This document shows positions 26,244 through 33,572 of a stretch of DNA of 64,000 nt, in pieces. The DNA comes from Anaerolineaceae bacterium. Lineage in GTDB: Bacteria; Chloroflexota; Anaerolineae; Anaerolineales; Anaerolineaceae. A model generated the notes under the pieces. It ran no database searches. It was not told the DNA's origin and worked only from the letters and a program-made list of their open reading frames with translations. The position numbers and the translations under genes were made by a program. Position 1 is the stretch's first letter. Each line of letters opens with the position of its first letter. The stretch lies in NCBI GenBank assembly GCA_029265815.1, contig JAJUGU010000002.1, positions 210,061 through 274,060 on the forward strand. The letters are read 5' to 3'.

Positions 26244-27785
26244 ATGAACCTCCAACATAGAAGAAAATTAGCAATCGTTGCTGTCATATTCCTTGCATTG
26301 GTATTGATAAGAATTCCATTTTATCTAACACACCATATCCAGGAAGATGCATACATTACACTACGTTGTGCAAAAAACCTGGCCGAAACGGGAATTTACG
26401 GGTACAACCCGGGTGAACGTGTTAGTGCATCGACATCTCATCTTTATGTGTTTCTCGCTGCAATCGTGCGTTTGGTAGCAGGTAAAAACGCTTTCATAAC
26501 GGTTGTACAGGTGGTCAATACTATTCTGTTTGTTGCGGGTAGTTATTTCTTGGCGAGAGTGCTTCAAAAACCCGGAAAAGGGATGTTAATACTCTGGATC
26601 ATTCTATCTTTGCTTCCGGTATCTCTATTGATCAGCTATTCAGGGATGGAGACCTCTCTTCTGATTTTCATGGTCGGATTGGTTTTGTATCTGTTGCACG
26701 AACAACAGTACCATTGGCTGGCATTATTGAGTTTTGCAATGATTCCCTGGGTGCGACCGGATGCAATTGCCTGTTCTTTGATTATCCTGTTCTGGGTATC
26801 GATTCGTAGCGGTAAACCTCGCTTTGACCTGGCAGGAGCTGTACTTGCAGGGATAGGAACTTTTTTTGCCTTTAATTGGCTTTATTTTGGTGCTTTTCTC
26901 AACAATTCTATTCTTGCTAAAGAACAGAGCCGGCCTGCATTTTCAGTAGAACGGGTTTTTTCCACAGTAAAAACGGTTTTCTTTGGTGAGAATGGAGGAT
27001 TATTTACCCCCATCCGAACCAAATATCTGGATCATTTCGGAGTGGTCTTTCTGTTATTGGTGGCTGTTGGGATGATTATTTTCATAATTCAATATCGTAA
27101 TAACAGGCAGGTATTCTATTCGGGTCTGTCGATTATTAGTATGGCCTTGCTAATCCCAGCCGCTTATTCTTTGGGTAGGGTTGTCTTTCCATGGTACTTC
27201 TGGCCAGCAACATTCTTTGGATACGCCATTGTTTGTGCCTTGGTGGTTGATTGGCTATCAAAAAGTCGCAAAGGATACAGGCTGGCGAGTGTCATCATTG
27301 GATTGGCGGTCTTGGGGGGAATGGCTGCTCAATGGTGTTACTCGTATAGCTGGGGAATGAAGGAATATGCCTACCGGGGAGAGATCGGGATGAAACTGGC
27401 TGAATTAGCCCGTGAGAATGACACACTGTTTCTTGAACCCGCAGGGTATATCCCGTATTATTCTGGTTTGTATACATACGATGAAGCCGGATTGGGATCT
27501 CCACTAATATTACATTATCGAGATCTTTATCAGACACCATGGTGGATCCGGTTTGTCGAGGATGCACAACCGGATTGGATCATCCAACGAGAACATTTTA
27601 AGGAATTTACGACTTATCAGGGATATATATTAAACGAGACCGAACAAAGGTGGTTTTTAGACCAATACCATTTAGTAGCTGAAATTTCATATCAACCACA
27701 AGATTTCACTACGCAGCCCTTTCTGGTAAGGCTGCTATCCATGGGATCGGCTGACAGTTACCTGATCTATGAGATCAATAGATAG
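26244..27785 (+). CDS. Large polytopic membrane protein, putative GT-C-fold glycosyltransferase
   Basis: 513 aa with more than 10 TM helices. The first-loop motif QEDAYITLRCAKNLAETGIYGYNPGERVSASTSHLY resembles the acidic first-loop motif of GT-C enzymes. It has a soluble C-terminal domain. Confidence 0.5.
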   Translation: MNLQHRRKLAIVAVIFLALVLIRIPFYLTHHIQEDAYITLRCAKNLAETGIYGYNPGERVSASTSHLYVFLAAIVRLVAGKNAFITVVQVVNTILFVAGSYFLARVLQKPGKGMLILWIILSLLPVSLLISYSGMETSLLIFMVGLVLYLLHEQQYHWLALLSFAMIPWVRPDAIACSLIILFWVSIRSGKPRFDLAGAVLAGIGTFFAFNWLYFGAFLNNSILAKEQSRPAFSVERVFSTVKTVFFGENGGLFTPIRTKYLDHFGVVFLLLVAVGMIIFIIQYRNNRQVFYSGLSIISMALLIPAAYSLGRVVFPWYFWPATFFGYAIVCALVVDWLSKSRKGYRLASVIIGLAVLGGMAAQWCYSYSWGMKEYAYRGEIGMKLAELARENDTLFLEPAGYIPYYSGLYTYDEAGLGSPLILHYRDLYQTPWWIRFVEDAQPDWIIQREHFKEFTTYQGYILNETEQRWFLDQYHLVAEISYQPQDFTTQPFLVRLLSMGSADSYLIYEINR

Positions 27786-27813
27786 AAAAAAATCCGGCTG
27801 AGCCGGATTTTTT
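27786..27813 (+). terminator. Rho-independent terminator ending the 27-kb glycan locus
   Basis: The sequence aaaaaatccggc-tga-gccggatttttt forms a perfect hairpin with an A-tract and a T-tract. It starts immediately after the stop at 27785. Confidence 0.85.
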
Positions 27814-27865
27814 CATTTGATTAACAAATAGCTTCAATGACTTATGATTCGCAAGAATGATGGAA

Positions 27866-28036
27866 TTATAGTCCTTTGATCAAGGAAGCGAGAGCTAGTA
27901 GCGCCAATCCGACAATGGCAAACCATATGGCATAGGTGCTCACAAATGGAATGGTTACCAGTGTGCCAACAAGGGCAAGCGCGCCCAATATGACAGCAAT
28001 CCACCAGGTCAAAACTTTCGGGGGTGTGAGTTTCAT
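27866..28036 (-). CDS. Small (56 aa) two-helix membrane protein
   Basis: It is not in the ORF track because it is under 60 aa. My translation reads MKLTPPKVLTWWIAVILGALALVGTLVTIPFVSTYAIWFAIVGLALLALASLIKGL*. The SD GGAG lies 6 nt upstream of the ATG (GGAGAAAAAATG). Confidence 0.55.
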   Translation of the reverse strand: MKLTPPKVLTWWIAVILGALALVGTLVTIPFVSTYAIWFAIVGLALLALASLIKGL

Positions 28037-28119
28037 TTTTTCTCCTTATGGTTTTCTAGTCTACTTTTGAGTGCAAATACTCATTAACCATTTTAGCAAC
28101 CACAAGGAAAAAATCAAGC

Positions 28120-28542
28120 CTAGCGGAACCAGAGGCCACTCACGAGATTGGGTTCAGTTTTATCGATCACGATTAACATGAGAAGCGTTTTTTCGGGATA
28201 AATAACCTTATAGTTAACGCCGTAATAAGCCTCACGATCTTCGATATTGATCAGATCAAACGAGGTGTAATTCCCTAGTTTTCCATAGGACTTAACAATC
28301 AACGCGAATTGAGTTTCGTCCATAGCCTCTATCATTTTTTCATCGAAATCTGTGATGAAGAGGATATGATCATTGGTAGCAATGCCGTTCAATATGTGCT
28401 CAGCGTATGTTGCTGAAATTGATTTTACCTTGTCAAATTCCTCTCCTTCAGGAAGGTAAGCTACTTCTGCTTGCCTGGAACATGCCCCAAGTAGCAAGGC
28501 AAAGAGGAGTACGGTTATGGAGAATATTATTGATTTTTTCAT
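28120..28542 (-). CDS. Lipoprotein, DUF3887-like
   Basis: The ORF is open from 28569. The likely start is MKKSIIFSITVLLFALLLGAC (lipobox LLGAC) at 28542, with AAGGA upstream. Confidence 0.65.
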   Translation of the reverse strand: MKKSIIFSITVLLFALLLGACSRQAEVAYLPEGEEFDKVKSISATYAEHILNGIATNDHILFITDFDEKMIEAMDETQFALIVKSYGKLGNYTSFDLINIEDREAYYGVNYKVIYPEKTLLMLIVIDKTEPNLVSGLWFR

Positions 28543-28663
28543 TGGCGATCCTTTCGCAAGTATTTTCACATCTAGTATATCTGAGAATCCATAATCGCAA
28601 AGGATTCAAAATAACAGAATATTAAAAAAAACGAAAAGAAAACAAAAATAATTTAATTAACTA

Positions 28664-28692
28664 TTGACATAATTCAATAATATTGCTATTAT
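28664..28692 (+). promoter_or_regulatory. Near-consensus sigma70-type promoter in a very AT-rich tract
   Basis: TTGACA (28664-28669), a 17-nt spacer, then TATTAT (28687-28692). It sits about 58 nt upstream of ATG 28751, and a GAGG SD lies at 28741-28744. Confidence 0.6.
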
Positions 28693-28750
28693 GATTAAAA
28701 ATAATTAATAAAAATTATAAAATATTCAACGAGTCAAGAATAGAGGTTAT

Positions 28751-29875
28751 ATGAAACAAATGACCATACCGTTAAGGGAAAATGCAAAGATCGCGATCAG
28801 AGCTTCGGATGATCTTTCGATTGAAGGCACTCAAGAAAAAATTTTAACAGCAGTTGTCAGGCATGGTGAATCACTTAAGATTTCTGAACATAATGAAGGG
28901 TTGGAAATTAAGGCGACAACCGATTGCAGGCTGATGATTCCAGAGACGGCTACGGTTACAGTTGAGAAAGTTGGAGGTGACCTGGCAGTCAGTGGGTTAG
29001 CCAATCGGGTGATTGTTGGAAAAATTGGTGGAGACCTTACCTTGGAAAAACTTGCCGGCGCATCCGTTGAAATGGTCGGCGGCGATATTCGTTTTAAAAA
29101 TATTTCGGGAACACTTGAGATCGCGAGGGTCGGAGGCGATCTGGATGGTGAAGGAGTGGTTGCGTTATCTTCACGCGCCGTAGGTGGAGATGCCGTGCTA
29201 ATTGGGGTCACCGGTACAGTCGATTTGTCTACAGGAGGTGATGTTGATATTTCAGCAAACACTGAAAATTTGCAGCCTATGACGATCAAGGCCGGGGGAG
29301 ATGTGGCATTTTATGTGGGAACAAAAGTAAACGCACAACTTGACATGTTAAGCGGTGGAGAAGAGATCAGCGTTCACGCCTGCGGTCAGGATGGTGACTG
29401 GGAAGAAGGTGTTGTATCACTTCCATTGGGAGAAGGAGGCTCTCTTGTTCGTTTGGAGGCTGGTAATGCGATCACCGTAACTGATCAAGAGTCGGCACCT
29501 CGTGATTTTATTAACTTAATTGAAGAGACGCGAGATGGATGGCGTGATTTTGGAATTGATCTGGAACGAGCAATCCGCGACAGTATGAATGCTGTTTCTG
29601 GTACCATTGAAGAAGCAGTCCGTAAAGCAGAAAAAGCCAGTGCCCTAGCAGCGATCAAGATTGATCTTTCTAACAAGGCTCGGAAAAATAAGGGCATGAA
29701 CCATGAAGGTAAGCAAAAGGTGGTTGGTTTTTCGTATAACGAACCTGAAAACAAGCCTGATACCTCAAAAAGTAAAGTTTCTGATGAGGAACGTATGATG
29801 GTCTTGCGCATGTTGCAAGAAAAGAAAATCTCAGTAGAAGAAGCTGAGAAACTGCTGAATGCATTAGACCGATAA
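28751..29875 (+). CDS. GGD-repeat beta-helix protein (DUF4097/LiaG-YvlB-like) with a C-terminal SHOCT-like helix motif
   Basis: 374 aa. There are at least 7 repeats of (V/I/A/T)GGD(L/I/V/A) spaced about 17-20 aa apart. A charged linker follows, and the C-terminus is SDEERMMVLRMLQEKKISVEEAEKLLNALDR. Confidence 0.6.
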   Translation: MKQMTIPLRENAKIAIRASDDLSIEGTQEKILTAVVRHGESLKISEHNEGLEIKATTDCRLMIPETATVTVEKVGGDLAVSGLANRVIVGKIGGDLTLEKLAGASVEMVGGDIRFKNISGTLEIARVGGDLDGEGVVALSSRAVGGDAVLIGVTGTVDLSTGGDVDISANTENLQPMTIKAGGDVAFYVGTKVNAQLDMLSGGEEISVHACGQDGDWEEGVVSLPLGEGGSLVRLEAGNAITVTDQESAPRDFINLIEETRDGWRDFGIDLERAIRDSMNAVSGTIEEAVRKAEKASALAAIKIDLSNKARKNKGMNHEGKQKVVGFSYNEPENKPDTSKSKVSDEERMMVLRMLQEKKISVEEAEKLLNALDR

Positions 29876-29885
29876 GGACATTAAT

Positions 29886-30512
29886 ATGACTTCAGATGAA
29901 AGTAAGCTTGAAATATTGAAAAAAGTTGAAGATGGAACCCTCAGTATCGAGGAAGGCGCTGATCTTCTGGGAATATTAGACCAGGCTGAAACTATTGATA
30001 CTCTGGATGAATTTGTAGATGTGACACCCCCAGCAGACACTCCGCCTTTACACGAAAAAGTCGTGATTTCAGGCTGCTGGAAAGCCGCCTGGAGCATGGT
30101 CCTTGTTGGCGGTGCGGTTCTGACAGCCATTTCAGCTTACTGGATCTACCAGGGTTATCAAAAAGCCGGATTTGGCTGGGGATTTTTCCTTTCATGGATC
30201 CCTTTCATCATCGGTGTGTTGTTCACGATTTTTGGTTGGATTTTAATGGAATCACCCTGGATGCAAATCAAGGTGCGAGAACAGAGTGAGAAAAGCCGCA
30301 CGAATATTAATATTGCAATACCGGTGCCAATTAAGCTGGTTTCATGGTTGGTGCGCAATTTTGGCCAGTACATGCCAGCTGGAATCCGAGAAAAAGGGGT
30401 AGATGAAATGGTTGGGGAAATCGAGCAGGCGTTTGCCCGTGGAGAGTCGCTGGTGGTGGATGTTGATGACCGAGGTGAAGGCGATGAACAAGTTAATGTG
30501 TATTTTTCCTGA
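29886..30512 (+). CDS. Membrane protein with an N-terminal SHOCT-like motif
   Basis: 208 aa. The N-terminus ESKLEILKKVEDGTLSIEEGADLLGIL echoes the C-terminus of the upstream protein. It has two or three TM helices and an acidic C-terminal tail. Confidence 0.6.
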   Translation: MTSDESKLEILKKVEDGTLSIEEGADLLGILDQAETIDTLDEFVDVTPPADTPPLHEKVVISGCWKAAWSMVLVGGAVLTAISAYWIYQGYQKAGFGWGFFLSWIPFIIGVLFTIFGWILMESPWMQIKVREQSEKSRTNINIAIPVPIKLVSWLVRNFGQYMPAGIREKGVDEMVGEIEQAFARGESLVVDVDDRGEGDEQVNVYFS

Positions 30513-30528
30513 CAGATAATGATGAAGT

Positions 30529-30557
30529 AAAAACCGGCTGATATCAGCCGGTTTTTT
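30529..30557 (+). terminator. Rho-independent terminator
   Basis: The sequence aaaaaccggctg-atat-cagccggtttttt forms a perfect hairpin with a T-tract. Confidence 0.85.
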
Positions 30558-30571
30558 GTTGCGGGTATAAT

Positions 30572-31162
30572 TTGCCTATGCTTAAACGATCACTCCCAGG
30601 CTTACTATTCCTTTTCGTTTCGATTACAGTTTTGTTGATTACACTAGTGAAATCTAGAAGTGAGTCAATCATCATCCCTTTTTCAACGGCATCCGGCGAA
30701 TCAGGAATCATCAACATAAAAACACCATCAAATGTATGGGCAGGTGATCAATTCACATTTTCGTCGAGAGTTGAATTTGAGACTCTGCCTGATTCACTAT
30801 CTCCAATGCTGATTGGGCGGCTGGAAACCAGCGTGGAAGAATCCATCCCGCGCGGAGAGGTGATGCTTGGCTTAAATTCTAGAAAACCTGTCACACTGGA
30901 ATGGACTTTAAGACCTTACCAAAAGGCTGTTTATCCAGGGACTCTCTGGTTATGGATGAACAGCAGTGGGCAAGAGAACCTGCTGCTGGCCAGGGAATTT
31001 ACCATATCATCTCAATATTTTCTCGGCGTGAGGATCATGTATGTGCGTATTACTGCCAGTCTGGTGACTCTGGCCGCATTGATCATCACCGTGTATTCCT
31101 TTTTGAGAAACAAAGGAAAAGATTTATCATTAACTATGGGACGCAATTTGAGCAAAAAATAA
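30572..31162 (+). CDS. Hypothetical membrane-anchored protein
   Basis: 196 aa with a TTG start (alternative ATG at 30578). It has an N-terminal TM (LLFLFVSITVLLITLV) and a C-terminal TM (ITASLVTLAALIITVYSF). I recognised no family. Confidence 0.5.
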   Translation: MPMLKRSLPGLLFLFVSITVLLITLVKSRSESIIIPFSTASGESGIINIKTPSNVWAGDQFTFSSRVEFETLPDSLSPMLIGRLETSVEESIPRGEVMLGLNSRKPVTLEWTLRPYQKAVYPGTLWLWMNSSGQENLLLAREFTISSQYFLGVRIMYVRITASLVTLAALIITVYSFLRNKGKDLSLTMGRNLSKK

Positions 31163-31191
31163 TGAACAATGAAATTTGCCTGTGATATAAT
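31163..31191 (+). promoter_or_regulatory. Candidate extended -10 promoter for the atp operon
   Basis: tgaaca (31163-31168), a 17-nt spacer, then TGaTATAAT (TG at 31183-31184, TATAAT at 31186-31191). The -10 element ends only 8 nt before ATG 31200, so the transcript would be leaderless or nearly so. Confidence 0.35.
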
Positions 31192-31199
31192 CGTGAAGC

Positions 31200-31505
31200 A
31201 TGTCGACACCAGAAGGGAACAAGAACTTGAATAAGCAAAATACGCTTAACCTGGTCATTGCGGCGGTGCTAGGACAGGTTGGGTGTCTTACGTTACTCAT
31301 CATTATCGCTGCGCTTCTGGGGGGCATGGCTCTGGATGCCCGGATGGGAACAAAACCATGGTTTACCATTGGTCTGGTCGTGGCGAGCATCCCTATATCT
31401 CTGGTCTTGATGTTTTTCATTGCCCGTAAAGCGATCTCCAAGATTAAAACTGAAGGACCAAATCCATCGAAGAATGAGGAGGATAGTTTTGGAAAAGACT
31501 CATAA
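31200..31505 (+). CDS. AtpZ/AtpI-like small membrane protein of the ATP synthase operon
   Basis: 101 aa with two TM helices (LVIAAVLGQVGCLTLLIIIAALLGG and WFTIGLVVASIPISLVLMFFIA). It lies immediately upstream of atpB. Confidence 0.6.
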   Translation: MSTPEGNKNLNKQNTLNLVIAAVLGQVGCLTLLIIIAALLGGMALDARMGTKPWFTIGLVVASIPISLVLMFFIARKAISKIKTEGPNPSKNEEDSFGKDS

Positions 31506-32466
31506 ATGGCGATGGGGCAAGAATCGCTGGATCGTTCTGGCTCTTTTAATCCTCACAATCATCGCTGTAAATATTTATGCTCCCATTCAGCCGCATATTC
31601 AAGCAGCTGCTGAAAATCTATCCAGCGAGCCAATATTTACCCTTCCTGTTATCGGTGATTTCTACCTAACCAACACGTTGGTAGCGACGATCTTAATGGA
31701 TGTCGTTATTATCATTATTGCGCTGATTGTGCGTCGCGCTGCCAAGAAAGATGAACTCGCGCCCAAGGGTTTGGCTGGTGTTTTTGAAATGCTGGTGGAG
31801 ATGCTCTACAATATGACCGAATCCACCGCTGGAAAATGGACAAAGAAAATCTTTCCGTGGTTTGCGACAGTTTTGATCCTTGTTTTGTTTGCCAACCTGC
31901 TCAAACTGATCCCTGGATTTGAAACGATCGGTTTATTACATCACAGCGCGGAAGGATACGAGGCTCAATCACTGGGCGGCAACTGGTACACGATTCTGAA
32001 TAGCAAAGCGGAAGAAGGTGGATTTATGGTCACCCCCTTCCTGCGAGGTGTTTCAACCGATATCAATTTCACTCTTGCACTGGCAATCATCGCTGTTACC
32101 ATGACTCAGGTGATTGGTTTTCAGGCCAATGGATTCAGGTATCTGGAAAAATTCTTTAACTTCCGCACGATATTCAAAAAACCTGTTTTTGGCCTGATTG
32201 ATGTTTTTGTTGGGCTTCTCGAGTTGATCTCGGAATTTTCAAAAATATTGTCATTTACATTCCGTCTTTTTGGCAACATGTTTGCCGGGATGGTCTTGAT
32301 GGCGCTGGTGGCAGCAATGCTGCCTGTTTTCATGCCAGCGGGAATTATGCTGTTTGAGTTGTTCATTGGCGTTATCCAGGCGTATGTGTTCGGTATGTTA
32401 ACCATGGTCTTCATGGCTCAGGCAACACAGGGACACAGCGTTGAAGAAGAACACAGTAATGCTTAA
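31474..32466 (+). CDS. atpB: F-type ATP synthase F0 subunit a
   Basis: The diagnostic motif is FTFRLFGNMFAG, which contains the essential Arg. The protein is polytopic. The ORF is open from 31420, but that start would overlap the upstream gene by 86 nt, so I prefer ATG 31474. The start is uncertain. Confidence 0.85.
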   Translation: MRRIVLEKTHKWRWGKNRWIVLALLILTIIAVNIYAPIQPHIQAAAENLSSEPIFTLPVIGDFYLTNTLVATILMDVVIIIIALIVRRAAKKDELAPKGLAGVFEMLVEMLYNMTESTAGKWTKKIFPWFATVLILVLFANLLKLIPGFETIGLLHHSAEGYEAQSLGGNWYTILNSKAEEGGFMVTPFLRGVSTDINFTLALAIIAVTMTQVIGFQANGFRYLEKFFNFRTIFKKPVFGLIDVFVGLLELISEFSKILSFTFRLFGNMFAGMVLMALVAAMLPVFMPAGIMLFELFIGVIQAYVFGMLTMVFMAQATQGHSVEEEHSNA

Positions 32467-32499
32467 TTGAGAAAATCGCAGAGGAGGCAGAGAAATAAC

Positions 32500-32736
32500 A
32501 TGAGTGGTGATATTATTGAGGCTGCAAAATTCATCGGAGCTGGATTGGCAATGATCGGAGCCCTTGGTGCGGGTATTGGTATCGGTCTCAGCGTGCAGGG
32601 TGCAGTTCAAGGCATGGCACGCAATCCTGATACCTATGGTAACCTGTTCACCAGTATGATCCTTGGAGTTGCATTCTCAGAAGCAATCGCGATTTATTGT
32701 CTCGTTATCGCGTTCTTGATGTTGTTCGTTCTCTAG
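32500..32736 (+). CDS. atpE: F-type ATP synthase F0 subunit c
   Basis: 78 aa from ATG 32500, with the SD gaggagg at 32481-32487. The sequence reads GAGLAMIGALGAGIGIG ... MARNP ... GVAFSEAIAIY, a hairpin with the conserved carboxylate. Confidence 0.9.
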   Translation: MSGDIIEAAKFIGAGLAMIGALGAGIGIGLSVQGAVQGMARNPDTYGNLFTSMILGVAFSEAIAIYCLVIAFLMLFVL

Positions 32737-32758
32737 TCCGCTGGTAAAGGAGTGCACT

Positions 32759-33496
32759 TTGGAAAAACTAGGCCTTAACCTCGGAACTCTTTTAGTTCAA
32801 ATCATTAATTTCGCCATCATCATGGTGGTGCTGAGCGCTTGGTTGTACAAACCGCTGATGAACGCGCTGCATAAACGACGTGCCGCGATTGAAAAAGGTT
32901 TGGAAGATGCGCGCATCGCTTCAGAAGCACGCGAGAATGCTGAGAAAGATGCCGCTGCCATCCTTGCTGAAGCACAGGCGAATGCGGCCAGAGTGATCCG
33001 CGAAGCCAAAGAAAAAGCAGAACTTACCGCACGAGATGTAAAAGCCAATGCAGAATTAGATATTGCGAAGATGCGCAAGGAAGCGCTTGTGGAAATTGAA
33101 GCTGAACGTGAAAGGACCTTGAGCGAGATTCGCACTCACGTTGCCGCCCTGGCAATTGCCGCTGCCCAGAAATTGATTGGTGAGGCATTAGACGAAAAAC
33201 GTCAACATGAGCTGGTAGCTGAATTCTTTTCCGGAATTAAAAATGGCTCGGTCGTTATATTGGATGGAACCGAATTAAAGGGTACTTCAGCCGAAGTCAT
33301 GAGCGCGTTACCTTTGACCGAGTCAGAGCAGCAGGTTATTAAGAGTGATGTGCTTGGCAAACTTGGCAAGGAAAGTGAAGTTGTGTTCAATGTTGATCCC
33401 CGCATCCTTGGCGGATTGATCGTAAAAGTTGGAGATAAAGTCATCGACGGCTCAGTTGCCGGGCAAATTCAGAATCTGCGAAATTCTCTCGCCTAA
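32759..33496 (+). CDS. atpF: ATP synthase subunit b fused to the C-terminal domain of subunit delta (OSCP)
   Basis: 245 aa with a TTG start and the SD aaggag 6 nt upstream. The N-terminal TM plus long charged helix is b-like (LLVQIINFAIIMVVLSAWLYKPLMNALHKRRAAIEKGLEDA...). The C-terminal ~80 aa read AEVMSALPLTESEQQVIKSDVLGKLGKESEVVFNVDPRILGGLIVKVGDKVIDGSVAGQIQNL. That segment matches the conserved delta C-terminal pattern (compare E. coli delta, [21 protein letters not shown]). Confidence 0.8.
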   Translation: MEKLGLNLGTLLVQIINFAIIMVVLSAWLYKPLMNALHKRRAAIEKGLEDARIASEARENAEKDAAAILAEAQANAARVIREAKEKAELTARDVKANAELDIAKMRKEALVEIEAERERTLSEIRTHVAALAIAAAQKLIGEALDEKRQHELVAEFFSGIKNGSVVILDGTELKGTSAEVMSALPLTESEQQVIKSDVLGKLGKESEVVFNVDPRILGGLIVKVGDKVIDGSVAGQIQNLRNSLA

Positions 33497-33509
33497 CATT
33501 TACTTCAGA

Positions 33510-33551
33510 AGAGGGTATGATTAAGTAACTTTGATCACATATCCTCTTTTT
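33510..33551 (+). terminator. Putative terminator after the atp genes
   Basis: The stem agagggtatg/catatcctct is 10 bp with one G-U pair. The loop is 18 nt, followed by ttttat. The long loop lowers confidence. Confidence 0.45.
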
Positions 33552-33572
33552 ATTTAATTGGAAGATTATCAA

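Noticed and set aside
30901-31441. Alternate-frame or antisense ORFs around the end of 30572-31162 and the atpZ-like gene (30901-31185 +, 31012-31209 -, 31130-31441 -).
   Set aside because: They overlap better-supported genes and the predicted promoter. None has a motif or SD.
31420-31473. N-terminal extensions suggested by the ORF track for atpB (31420), the PIG-L gene (53228), the CapA-like gene (48300), atpE (32467), murE (33558) and ThiF (52567).
   Set aside because: The extensions overlap upstream genes or use non-ATG codons without an SD. Internal ATGs give canonical N-termini (a signal peptide, AHPDDE proximity, an SD at the correct spacing).
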